Source: Antedon mediterranea (Eukaryota > Animalia > Echinodermata). From it: a stretch of DNA of 64,000 nt. Under the pieces are notes generated by a model. That model was not told the DNA's origin. It made no database searches and saw nothing but the letters and a program-made list of their open reading frames with translations. Of the stretch, positions 12,040-25,300 are shown one piece after another; position 1 is the stretch's first letter, and each line of letters opens with the position of its first letter. Location: positions 25,810,871-25,874,870 of the forward strand of contig NC_092676.1 of NCBI RefSeq assembly GCF_964355755.1, in the 5' to 3' direction. The translations under genes were made by a program, and so were the position numbers.

Positions 12040-13300
12040 ATACGTGAACTGCACACGCACGTATTTACCTGACGGTGATTACGTGAACTACATGCGTACG
12101 TGTGTAGTTCACGCATTCAACAATCTGTGAATACGTGAACGGTGACCTACATACGTACGTGTGTAGTTCGCGTTGAACAAACAGTGAATACGTAAACGGT
12201 GACCTACATACGTATGTGTGTAGTTCACGCATTCAACAAACGGTGAATACGTGAACGGTGACCTACATACGTACGTGTGTAGTTCACGCATTCAACAAAC
12301 TGTGAATACGTGAACGGTGACCTACATACGTACGTGTGTAGTTTGCGTTGAACAAACAGTGAATACGTAAACGGTGACCTACATACGTACGTGTGTAGTT
12401 CGCGTTGAACAAACATTGAATACGTGAAAGGTGACCTACATACGTATGTATGTAGTTTACGCATTCAACAAACGGTGAATACGTAAACGATGACCTACAT
12501 ACGTACGTGTGTAGTTCACGCATTCAACAAACGGTGAATACGTGAACGGTGACCTATATACGTACGTGTGTAGTTCACGCATTCAACAAACGGTGAATAC
12601 GTGAACGGTGACCTATATACGTACGTGTGTAGTTCACGCATTGAACAAACAGTGAATACGTGAACGGTGACCTACATACGTATGTATGTAGTTTACGCAT
12701 TCAACAAACGGTGAATACGTGAACGGTGACCTACATACGTACGTGTGTAGTTCACGCATTCAACAAACGGTGAATATGTGAACGGTGATACATACGTACG
12801 TACGCGTGTAGTTCACGCATTCAACGAACGGTGAATAGGTGAACGTTGACCTACATACGTACGTGTGTAGTTCACGCATTCAACAAACGGTGAATACGTG
12901 AACGGTGACCTATAGACGTACGTGTGTAGTTCACGCATTCAACAAACGGTGAATACGTGAACGGTAACCTATATACGTACGTGTGTAGTTCACGCATTGA
13001 ACAAACATTGAATACGTGAACGGTGACCTACATACGTATGTATGTAGTTTACGCATTCAACAAACGGTGAATACGTGAACGGTGACCTACATACGTACGT
13101 GTGTAGTTCACGCATTCAACAAACGGTGAATATGTGAACGGTGATACATACGTACGTACGCGTGTAGTTCACGCATTCAACGAACGGTGAATCGGGTGAA
13201 CGTTGACCTACATACGTACGTGTGTAGTTCACGCATTCAACAAACGGTGACTAGGTGAACGGTGACTAGGTGAACGGCGACCTACATACGTATGTATGTA
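12040..13300. repeat. 59-bp minisatellite array, ~21 units, with higher-order structure
   Basis: Unit GTGTGTAGTTCACGCATTCAACAAACGGTGAATACGTGAACGGTGACCTACATACGTAC. Confidence 0.97.
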
Positions 13301-14285
13301 GGAACAGTTATTTGCACAGCTGTACTACACAAAAACAGTTACAAAAATAACATGGCTTTTTTTTTTTAATATACTAACATACAGTATCAGAACGGCTTTG
13401 CACGACTAGCCATGCTTTTTTACAAACTAGTTATTTGTAGGCCTGGACTGATTGCTAGCAATACCAACAATCACATTATTAGTAGGCTGACCATACAAAT
13501 CAATTATGTTTGGACAAATGACCATTGCCAATAAATATCTATTCATAAACACTAATAAACATTCACTAAATAATTATATTATAAATACTGTCCTAGCCTC
13601 ATTTGTATGTTTACATACACTTCTAATATAAAATATATACTTCTCATAATAAAATATACCAAACATAACATAACATTCTATACAATACAATGTAAATATT
13701 TTCAGCGATTTAAAAAAATAATATTTAACATTACATTTGTTGTGGTGTAGGGCTAAAAATGGTGTATACAGAGGAGGGGTAGCATCCCTCATTTTTGGTT
13801 AATTGTGAAAGTAGTTTTTGAAATAAAAGTCGTACCCGATTATGTTGGGTAGAGTAATCTTCACCATCTCAACACTCCATTTTTAAATACCCTGATTTCT
13901 TTAATTTAAACGTTAACATGATGCTTAGATTATGAAGTGCTCATAATGGCGTAACATAGAGACCTGAGTGAGGCCCCTGGTTTAACTCGAAGTGGCCCTG
14001 CAACGCTGGAGTCCTCGGGCGTTTTAAGCCTTTTTCAGGGCCCAGTGAGCTCAGGCAGTGTTTGTTCATAGTCATTATGCCATTGTTTCACAACAGGGTC
14101 AGACCGCATATTCATCTTCACATTTTATGTGAATTAAAACTAACATTTATTATCAAGGAGAGAAATAAAAATGTTAACAAGAAACAAAACTACTACATAA
14201 TCACAAAAACCACTGACACATCAGAAAATTTTTCCTATCTAGTAACGAGATAAGAATATCTAATCTAGGAACATGATGTTCTTAA

Positions 14286-14440
14286 AGCTCTGTCTACACT
14301 ATCAAACTTTATGTGACAAAAAAATGTGGTGTCCCAAATATGGTAGTGACATGCTTAAATATGGTAGTGACATGACATCATCATGACCATATATGAGCAC
14401 ATCATATTTTGTTGTCACATAACAATTTGATAGTGTAGAT
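14286..14440. mobile_element. MITE family A copy just downstream of the OSCP1 stop
   Basis: AGCTCTGTCTACACTATCAAAC...TTTGATAGTGTAGA. Confidence 0.88.
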
Positions 14441-14528
14441 GTTCTTAATAATACTTTCATTTTCTTTTTAAATAAAAAAGAACTTTGTCAAGGTGATCAA
14501 TACTGTACAATGTTAAAACACATCAACA

Positions 14529-14607
14529 GTGCTATCTAGCAACCATTGCCCATTGCAACTGGTGTCCTTAACAACGGTTGCTCTTAGCAACTGTTGTCTT
14601 TAGCAAC
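14529..14607. repeat. Five 16-bp units resembling RFX X-boxes
   Basis: GTGCTATCTAGCAAC, ATTGCCCATTGCAAC, GGTGTCCTTAACAAC, GTTGCTCTTAGCAAC, GTTGTCTTTAGCAAC at an exact 16-bp period. Confidence 0.7.
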
Positions 14608-17600
14608 TGTCCATTAGTTCCAGTAGATCGTCTCCCTTACTGCTTTGCGATGAAGATTCAGCAATGTCCAAATCTCCCATGATTTTGTTCAACTCATCAC
14701 TTGTTTTGTTCTAGGAAAAATATACAAAATTTAAATACAGAGTGCCTGAAAAATGTTTAACATATTGGAATGATGTTAACAAATTAAGATAATCGCATTC
14801 TAATACCCTTTTCACATCTGCATAAATTGTTACAACTTGTAACAAGATTTGATCTCCTGATTTTATATTTATTAAGTTTTCATACACATGTACGCAAAAA
14901 ATGAAGAATCTCGGGAGAAAGCATAGTTGCATGCTATTTGATTAACTATGATTAGTTAGTTTAATATACCAGGGCGATACATGTGCGTAGTATTAACAAC
15001 TCAACAACTCGGAACAAAAACATGCCTCTCATCGGTGTGTTTTGGACATTTTCCAGAAAATTTTCTTCACACAATGCAAACCTGGTTACTACTTGTTAGT
15101 TTTTGCAGGTCTGAAAAGGGTATCATACTATACCTTAGAGGCATCAATCTTTATCACTTTCCAATCATACATTTCGGTCGGCGGTCTTGTTTCTTTGAAT
15201 TCTCTATTTCACAAAAAAAAAAAATAAACAAAATTCAAAGTATCAGAATTAACAAACAAAATCAAATGTACTATAAAAAAAGTTTATTTCTTGAAGAAAT
15301 TAAATAACTTACTGTTCTTCTTCTTCAGTGTTAAAAAGTGAAAGTTTAATAGATGAATCTTTTTTCTTGGATGAGTTCACATCAACAGAACCCATTAAAT
15401 GAGCCAGAAGATTTAACTCAGCTTTTACGAGAGGGTTTATATTTGCAGAAGCCTACAAAAAACCAGGTAATAAAATTTAATTAATTTGCTTGAAAATTAC
15501 TGTACTGTGACTTTTTAAACGAAGGTCAAAATTAACTGGGTCAAGTATAAATCATTATGCAAATTACTTTAAATTAAAGGGTGAGATCATTGTTCTTTTT
15601 ATAATCTATTTTTAGTAACTTTTTTGCAGACTATGATATTATTAATATACAGTACATAAAATTGTGAAAAAAGGATAAACTACGTACCCGTTCTTCAGAG
15701 ACCGGTTTAGCTTGAGATGCGTGTTTAGTATGAGACACAGAAGTTTCTGATGGACGAACGACGTTGTACATGTTGGTACCCAGCTTGGTGACCCTATTGC
15801 CTTTAAGGTCAAATGAGCCTTCTGTAGTGTTGACATTGTAGCTTTGTTTTACCTGGAATTTTGATGTCTGGACAGGCTGACCAGAACCATCAAAGTATCT
15901 GAATAGCAAGAAGGTTATGTTAAGCTCTGCTCACACTATCAAACTTTATGTGACAACAAAATGTGATGTACCTATATATGGACATGATGACATCATATTA
16001 GCGCACATCATAGTGTAGACAGAGCTGAAGTTAAATTCAAATTTTGCAATCTATGAATAGATTCTATTAACTCTTTTCTTTGTCACAACAATTTTTAATT
16101 ATTTAATTTTTATTTAATTAAATTGAAATTTAGTTTAAGTTATACTGCTCTAATAATTCCATATATGCACCCATAAAGATATCAGTCCTTGACTTATTAT
16201 TACATACTTATTAGTACTTGTATTGTAAATCGCTCAACATATTTATTTCCTATATTTATAGTTGTGAGGTAAAAATTATCCAATTGCTTTATCATCATCA
16301 ACTTTTTTTTCCTAATTCTAACGATCATCATTGTTCCTCAGTTTGTCTGCCCTGTATTTTTTATTCATTTATATATGAATTTATTTATATTTTTGAAAAT
16401 AAGGAAAATAAATATATTATATTATTATTATATCATAAACCCTCATTGTCGACACCTTCATACCTGATTGTTCCTGGACTTTCCACACCAAAGGGTAATA
16501 AACCATTTATTGGCAAAACGAATCTACCATTAGAATTCTGCACCTTGTCCTTTAGGAATATAGACACCTTAGGAGAAAAAATAAAATATTATTAAGATTA
16601 TTTGAGCCTAAAATAATTTGTACAAATACATTGAGATACAATAACTGTAATACTTAATTAAATCAGGTCATGTGATCAGTTCATGCACTACATTAATGTG
16701 TTGTAGTGTTACCAAGACAATATTCAATAGTTTCATTAAATCCAAGGTTTAATTATCAGGTTTATTGTTGAACAATTATGAAGTATTAGAAGGTCAAGCC
16801 GAACATAGAATTTAATAGAATATAATTTATTAATGATTTAACATTAATAAGTATATCATAGTAAAATTGAGTATTAAAATGAATTGAAATTAAGTAAATA
16901 GCATAATCATATTCTAAAACATAATTCATAAGATTATTAAATTCAAGGTTTAATTTTCGCCTCATTGAAATATAACCTTCCATCATTCACCTCATGCCAT
17001 TATTTGTACCATTCAACTCAGAAACATTATTTGTACCATTCAACTCAGAAACATTATTTGTACCATTCAACTCAGAAACATTATTTGTACCATTCAACTC
17101 AGAAACATTATTTGTACCATTCAACTCAGAAACATTATTTGTACCATTCAACTCAGAAACATTATTTGTACCATTCAACTCAGAAACATTATTTGTACCA
17201 TTCAACTCAGAAACATTATTTGTACCATTCAACTCAGAAACATTATTTGTACCATTCAACTGAGAAACATTATTTGTACCATTCAACTGAGAAACATTAT
17301 TTGTACCATTCAACTCAGAAACATTATTTGTACCATTCAACTCAGAAACATTATTTGTACCATTCAACTCAGAAACATTATTTGTACCATTCACCTCATG
17401 CCATTATTTGTACCATTCACCTCATGCCATTATTTGTACCATTCACCTCATGCCATTATTTGTACCATTCACCTCATGCCATTATTTGTACCATTCACCT
17501 CATGCCATTATTTGTACCATTCACCTCATGCCATTATTTGTACCATTCACCTCATGCCATTATTTGTACCATTCACCTCATGCCATTATTTGTACCATTC

Positions 17601-18840
17601 ACCTCATGCCATTATTTGTACCATTCACCTCATGCCATTATTTGTACCATTCACCTCATGCCATTATTTGTACCATTCACCTCATGCCATTATTTGTACC
17701 ATTCAACTCAGAAACATTATTTGTATACTACTGTATTATACTTACCCTTATATGTGTATCTTGAAAAAACGTTAAAAGGGTCTGGCGTAAAAGTTGAAAT
17801 TCCCCTGCCGTCATCGATGCATAGATCTACAATAAAATCAATTGGGTAATAGAGTATAAATTAATCCATTTTATTTTCATATCAATTACAACCATAGACT
17901 GAATTGAGTGTGTCTATAACAGTGAGGCAGCACTGTACCTGATAGAGCATCTGGTGGACACTCTCCACTTGATTTCTAATTACAGGTACATCCTCCACGT
18001 ACTTGTGAATAGCGTCAAGGTGGTTTAACGTGACAAGCAAAACGTCTTGAGGGCGTAGACATAAGGACACCTGATGCTTGAACGCCATGGTCATAAGATC
18101 GTATAGCTGTAACAACGAATGAAAAAAGAAAGTTTTTTTGTTTCATTTTGCAAAAATCAGTTCAAACAACTGGACAGTAAGAAAATTATCTTTATGGATG
18201 AACAAATAAATACAAAGATACTTAAACATGCAATGGTTAGTAATGTAACAAACCTTGTCCATACTGGCCGTGTTTAAACGCATAATAGATGCGTGCGCAA
18301 GCCTGTCAAAGACGGTTCGCATGGCTTTTTTCGTGTATAACTCTTGCGGTTTGAAAAGCTCTTCTACAAAACGTTTGTTTAACATGGCACCAACTATATC
18401 ATGTAATACTGAAATATATAAAGTGTAAACGTTATTTTATTATACTGTATTAAATTATATCTATAATGATATGAAATGAGAAAACATGTTACATACATAG
18501 TCACTAAAAAAAGGATTATAGAGTACTCTTCTATTTATGCTGTTTAATTTCTTTTTCTTGTATTTTTTTACACCTACTATAACCTAACTATTATTATGCA
18601 CGAATTCCCTAGGCCTACTACCCAAATTCTGATGTCAAACACTATACAACAGGACCTGTCTGTCACACACAAGACTCCTGGCTGCAATTGTATTACACTA
18701 CAAACAGTTACAGGCCTAACTTAACTACCTTTCTTCGATTTATCATGTGGTATATTTTGAGCCCGGAGTCTTTGATCTAATATATACATCATCTCCCCTC
18801 CAAGGTTGATAAACAAGAGTGGAAGCGTGCGTAACGACAT
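14600..18840 (-). CDS. OSCP1: Organic solute carrier partner 1 (OSCP1/NOR1), 9 exons
   Basis: Exons 18729-18840 (MSLRTLPLLFINLGGEMMYILDQRLRAQNIP), 18254-18408 (FDRLAHASIMRLNTASMDK), 17939-18106 (LYDLMTMAFKHQV), 17746-17826, 16464-16567, 15688-15898 (KLGTNMY), 15313-15452, 15134-15203, 14600-14710 (KGDDLLELMDSC*). All GT-AG and phase-consistent. Confidence 0.95.
15923..16026. mobile_element. MITE family A, internally deleted copy
   Basis: AGCTCTGCTCACACTATCAAAC...TAGTGTAGACAGAGCT. Confidence 0.85.
16985..17725. repeat. Compound minisatellite (27-bp x~14 plus 26-bp x~12) in OSCP1 intron 4
   Basis: A block of CATTATTTGTACCATTCAACTCAGAAA followed by a block of CATTATTTGTACCATTCACCTCATGC. Confidence 0.97.
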
Positions 18841-19318
18841 CTTAAAATATAATAAACTACACAAATATTAGACGAATATCATTAACATAAACATCAAATT
18901 TCTTCTTTTTTTTCTATAAGCTTCATGTCACCCTGGTATTTTACCAGCCGTCTTTACTTTCTAAATAAGAGCGACTGGAATCCAAGGTTAATATAAAATG
19001 AGGGCGTTTGACAAATAAACCCGTGGTAAACAAAACTACGGTAAATAAGCTGATCAAAACATTATCCTTTTCCCTGTTTTGTTGATAATTGTTAAATACT
19101 TCACTGATTACTATTAATTTTCTAGTAGTTCTAGGCCATCATCCATGAAATACCACCACCAATAATTTGAGAAAAGGCCACTCAATGATATAGGTCTAGC
19201 TAGCCTAGTGTAGAGGCTAGCCTATAGGCTTGGCAGTCTAGACGGCCTCTCTACCCGGAACAGCGGCCCAGTAGCTACCCAGCCAAGACCCAGCCCTTGC
19301 TTGTATGCCATACACACA
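18841..19318. promoter_or_regulatory. Putative bidirectional promoter OSCP1/FIG4
   Basis: Divergent ATGs ~480 bp apart; contains a forkhead-like GTAAACAAA and a CTAG/TAGGCC tract. Function is inferred. Confidence 0.65.
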
Positions 19319-22300
19319 ATGACCATGATTTTTGACAGTGTAATAAGTGGAATTCAGAAAATCGTGCTGTATGAGACACCTTCTGTAAGTATGATTGAAA
19401 CTATGTATAAATTAATTTACTTAAAAATACTGCATTTTACTAACAGTAACAATAATTAAACATCGACAATACATTTAAACATTAAATTTTTCAGAGATTC
19501 TACATCATTGGGTCAAATACATCAGAAACAAAATTTAGGGTTCTCAAAATAGATCGATCGGAGCCAGATGGACTACAAATTATTGATGATAAGGTACTTT
19601 TTTTCTTATTTGCACATACTGTTAGAAGACAAATCAAAATAAATTATCTTATAATAATGCCAAATGGTTTGTTATGCAAATTGATAGATGGATAATCTTT
19701 TTTTTTAAGGTTGAGTATGGCCGTCAAGAAATCCAAGACCTGCTGCGGACATTGGCACATGGAAACTTGCCACTGCAGAAGATGATCAGCGGTCTTACTA
19801 AAACAATTTCTGCATTTGGAATACTTGGTATGCTGAGTGTTGATAAGCCATCAAAGATTTTAAAGATAGCCTTTTTCTTAGTCAAATACATACAGTACAG
19901 TAACAGTCCAATAATTTTGTTTTTTGTCTGCTTGTCAGATTTGGAATTTTGTTTGTTATTATTTATTTATACTGGCCGACCTTTTCAGTAAAAGACTGGT
20001 CTCCCAGAGGGCCCAGTTGTGATCAGTGGCTGGGTTAACCCTCTACTCGTCTCGAAAGATGTACTAGGTTCTATAAAGAGCACATAAGCTAGGTGTGTAC
20101 ACAGGACCTAAAGTTTATAGTCCTTATCCGAGAAGACTCGTTCTAGCAGAGAAGAGTGAAATACACTCTTCCATGGTTCTGCCACAAGAACAATAGAGCG
20201 AGTGAGAATCTTTCAAAACCAGGGCTGATTTTTGTTTTGGGAGAGTTGAATGTAGCATAGTGTGCTCTCAAGTCTTGTTTATTATCAACAATAACAATTT
20301 TAACATTTCTGTACATTGTAACATTGCTATTTTCATTTATAAAAATTTTAACCGATTACTTTCAGGTTTTATAAGATTTCTTGAAGGGTATTACATTTTG
20401 CTTGTTACTAAGCGTAGAAGGTACTGTATGCATATAATAACATTTTAATTGTTTTTTAAACTTTGACCTAATATCCTCAATTTTAGATAAAAACCAATCA
20501 TTAATACAGTAAACTGCAAAAGCATGATTGTCTATGCTATAAAATACTCATCATATTGTTATAAGATTCAATTTTTCTACACTAATTATTTTGAGATTCA
20601 TTCCTAATGCTATTGTATGTACTGTAATACACTCAATTTCTTGTTCAAGTACCTTAACCTGAATTAGAATGGTGGTACATTTTTTCTTCTCCCAGGGTTG
20701 CTGTGATTGGTGGACATACAATATATAAGATAGAGGACACCAGTTTGCTTTCAGTTGGTCAGGAAGGTTTACGACAAATGCATCCGAATGAACATCGGTA
20801 AGTGTCTTTTGTTAGTAGAGGTTCTACTGTAATTGAGTTTAAGCTTCCATTGTATTTTTTTTTATTTATTCGACTTCTCACTAACTCAGTTAGTGAAGGA
20901 TCTGGACCAACAGGTGGTAAACACCTCTAAAACGGCCCAGTCCCAATTTTCACAGTGGCTGTGTGTGTGACAGTGGCTGTGTTTGTGTGGACTAGTACAC
21001 CGGGGTAACCCCCTACTCGTCTCGGAAGATGTACTAGGTTCTTTAAAGTGCGCATGAGCTATGTGTACACTGGACCTACGGTTTATAGTCCTTATCCGAG
21101 AAGACTCGTTCTACCACCAGAACCATGGAGCGAGTGAGCCTCGAACCTTTGCCGATGTTATGGCTACTTAATTACGGTTCCACTGTCTTAACCGCTCGGC
21201 CACTCACTCACTCTAAAGTATACATTTTAAATCTGCAAACTCTCATGTATCCAATTTATAATAATTGCTAATATAGTTGTTACTTTTTTCATGTTTCAGA
21301 TATATCCGGATTTTTCAGAATATTGACTTGACAAGTAATTTCTACTTTAGGTAAGTATTAACTTATAAAAAAAAGCATTTGATTATATTAATTGTAAATC
21401 CAGTATTTCCAAGATTAATTCGCATCAGTGGGTGTGGAGATATGCGCATGATGTTACTATCTTAATGTTTAAACTTCAGAAACTTTTACTGTATGATTAA
21501 TAATGATGTTTTAACACTCATATTTTGTCCAAATAAATGTGTTTATATTGTTTATATTTTCACAGTTACAGTTATGATTTAACACACTCACTTCAGTTCA
21601 ACTTGACTTCTACTAAAAAAACAAAAGGACCACAAGGTGCAGTGTTTAGAAATTCAACATTTTAGTAGAGTACAGTATATTTTCTCTATGAGATTGAACT
21701 TTCTTTCAATTCTCCCAATAATGGATTCTAAAAACAGGAAACCCGGAGGTCGAAAATGTCCCCAATTTATTTTTATCAATTAAAAACACATTCTGAATAC
21801 CAGAATTTCTAGAAAACCAGATATATTAGGCCAGCCCAAAGGAGTATCTAGTAGACTGTACTTGTATATTAAATTTTAAAAATGTTAAATGCAGCCTACA
21901 CTGACCTTACCTTAAGTGATGCTTACCTTTAAAGTGAAATAAGGAGGCAAAGGCCTCGAATAGGCTGCCTCCTCTCAAAGTTTTTATGTGTAAGTCATAT
22001 GTTCGTTGTGTTGGGCTAGAAACAATGTGATAAGCTAAATCTGTGTAATATTATAGTATATTACTGTATAATATATTCTACAAAAGGCTATACCGTAAAA
22101 CCTCGAAAAGAAGCCCATGGGCTTCTTCTTTTTTTAGTGCTCTTGGATGGGCTTCTTTTCAAGATGGGCTTCTTTTCGAGAGTACTTTTGCAAACTGTAG
22201 AGGGGGGCTTCTTTTCGAAATGAATGCGGTAAATTTTGTGAATTTCTACTACAATAATGTGACTTTTGAGACATTTTTTCAACCATGAAATTATGTTTAA

Positions 22301-25300
22301 TATACCAATTAAAAAACAATATAAAAAGCAAAAAAACAGTCCTATGATTCATCGTCAAATACAATAATTTCGTCATCATCTCAATACAGTATGAGTAGTC
22401 TGTCTCAAAATGAAGCCCATACTATCTTGAAAAGAAGCCCAGGGGCCTTCATTTCGAGATGGGCTTCTTTTCGAGGGTACTTTTGCAAACTGTAGAGGGG
22501 GCTTCTTTTCGAGATGGGCTTCTTTTCGAGGTTTAAGCCCATGGGCTTCTTTTCGAGGTTTTACGGTTAATGATTTCTTTATATTATTAATCTTTCCAGT
22601 GCCAGATTTTGATAGCAAGATTGAGGCAGTTAGAAACAAGCCAAGAATGAAGTATGTTTGGAACACATTCTTTTGGAAAGGCTTCTCTGATGATTTACAT
22701 AAAGATTGGGTCATGTATATGATTCATGGTTTTTGCAGTCAAACTCGTATCCTTTGTATGTATAAAGACACTAAAGCTCTGTCTACACTATCAAACTTTA
22801 TGTTACAAACAAAATGTGATGTGCCTATATATGGACATGATGATGTCATATCACTGCCATATTTAAGCATATCACTGCCATATTTAAGCATATCACTACC
22901 ATATTTGGGCACATCACATTTTTTTTGTCAAACTAGTTTGATAGTGTAGACAGTACTTTACATGTGGTCAATTAGAGGTACATTATAATCTCCTCTTTTG
23001 GAATTCCCCTATTCAGAGGACACCTAGGTGTCATATTCCTAGAAAACAAAAACATGATGAAATATATGATTTAACACTACGACCAATTCCTATTCAGGGA
23101 AGACCCCTATTCATACGACACCTCTATTGAAGGACACTGTTGGGTCCTGGAGGTATTTCTTTAACAGTATTTCTATTGTTTTCAGTGCATATTGTTATTC
23201 TTGACAGTAGTTTGTAGATGTTAGTGTATTTGGTCGACCAATTATAATGACAGTGATTGCTAGACGATCCAATGGATACGCTGGTACTAGATTCTTAAAG
23301 AGAGGCATTAACAGTGAGGTAAGACCCAACCAAATCAAGGGGTTAGTTTTTGTTAAGCTCTGTCTACACTATCAAATTTTTATTTTTTTTATTTTATGTA
23401 CTTTCACTATTATATATTCATATTTTAGTCTACTCTGTAGGAATGTTAGTGTACTTATAGGCATACGGGAGTCACGACTTAAAGTTCAGTGAACTTACTG
23501 TGACTTCCATCCACCCACATTTAATATATGTTATGTAAATGTAAATGATATATATATATATATATATAAGTGAGTGGAAAAAATAAATAAACGAAACGAA
23601 ACGAAACTAGTTTGACAAAAAAACTGTGATGTGCCCAAATATGGTAGTGATACCCAAATATGGTAGTGATACCCAAATATGGTAGTGATATGATGTCATC
23701 ATGTCCATATTATGGGCACATCACATTTTTTTTCACATAAAGTTTGATAGTGTAGACAGAGCTTTAGAAAAATTATTTCCATTTTGATGAAGTGCTACAA
23801 GTTTTTTTTTTATGCAAACTTACCATAATACCTCATGAAGCTCGGCTGGGTTCATACATTATTCTTAATTTTAATTTCTTTTAGGGACATGTAGCCAATG
23901 AAGTAGAAACGGAACAGATTGTTTATGATGGAACAGTTACAACTTTTTCTAGAGGACGCTATACTTCTTTTGTTCAGCTACGGGGATCAGTACCTTCTTT
24001 TTGGTCACAAGATATATCTAACATGGTTCCAAAACCACCAATAACAGGTTATTTAAAGTTCTTAAAGATATCTGAGAAACTTCATAATTGATTTAACTTT
24101 TCCAAGCAATTCTTGTCTGTCACATTTTGCTACATTTTTTTGACTAGTTCATCTCCTAGACAATTAATTCTCAAGTGCCCATATATAGACATGATGATGT
24201 CATATCACTACCTTATTTGGGCATATCACTACCACATTTGGGTACATCACACTTTTTTGTCAAACTAATTTGATATTGTAGACAGAGGTTTATTACTACT
24301 TGATTGATACCATTGTTTTATGTATAGTATTCTATCTATTTATCATCTCTAGTTGACAAATCAGATCCTCTGGCACTTGGAGCTGGTCAGCATTTTAATG
24401 AAGTCCTCTCTAATTATGGGGCACCTGTCATAGTGCTCAATCTTGTTAAGGTGAGTAAGCATGTTCTATTCTTTGATTTCTTCTCTTTTATTGGATTACA
24501 AGTGTATTCAAGGGATCACAATGGAGCCTAACCATGATACATGGTGAAAATGTGGATCTACATTTATGAGTAATTAATCATTATTGATATATACTGTAGG
24601 ATCAACTTTTATATATTTTTTTCTATTTGTAGAAACGAGAGAAAAGAATTCGAGAAGGGATCTTAAGTAGAGAATTGTCTTCTGCTATCATTTACCTGAA
24701 TCTGTTCCTACCACCAAAACACACAATTCAATATGTTACACTAGACATGGCAAGATTAACAAAAAGGTATTAATTAGTATACCTGTTGGCAAGGGACTAA
24801 ACCATTTAAATATTTTACCTATACTGGACGACGACTTAAAAGTCAAAGACTGGTCTCCCAAAGGTCCCAGTTATGATCAGTGACTGTGATGTACTAGTAC
24901 ACCGGGGTAACCCCCTACTTGGCACGAAAGATGTACTATTGTAGGTTTTTTAAATTGCACATGAGTTAGATGTGTACACTGGACCTACGGCTTATAGTCC
25001 TATTTCTTAAAGACTCATTCTACCACCAGAACCATGCAGAGAGTGAGTCTTGAAACCGTGCCGATGTTGTGGCTACTACGTTCCACTGTCTTAACCGCTT
25101 GGCCGGTCACGCGAAAAGTTTAGAAGCCAATTCTCAACCTTTTTGATTTTGCCCTATTTTTTTCATTGTTCTGAAAATACTCTTCTTTTCTTGTAGTCCA
25201 AAACATGATGTCATTAAATCTCTCCATAAAGCATGCACGTCAGCTATTGACCGAATCGGTTTTTTTGCTTCTGGTTATGGAGTAAACAGCGCCATCAGTG

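Noticed and set aside
12109-12523. Overlapping ORFs in the 59-bp array
   Set aside because: The unit length is not a multiple of 3; these are repeat artefacts.
14806-14857. Alternative OSCP1 exon (GDQILLQVVTIYADVKR) from ORF 14711-14932
   Set aside because: Wrong phase relative to exon 7; exon 15134-15203 fits both phase and homology.
16965-17849. 294-aa and overlapping repetitive ORFs (HYLYHSTQK, NGTNNVSEL)
   Set aside because: Translations of a 26/27-bp minisatellite inside an OSCP1 intron, open in several frames; no evidence of coding.
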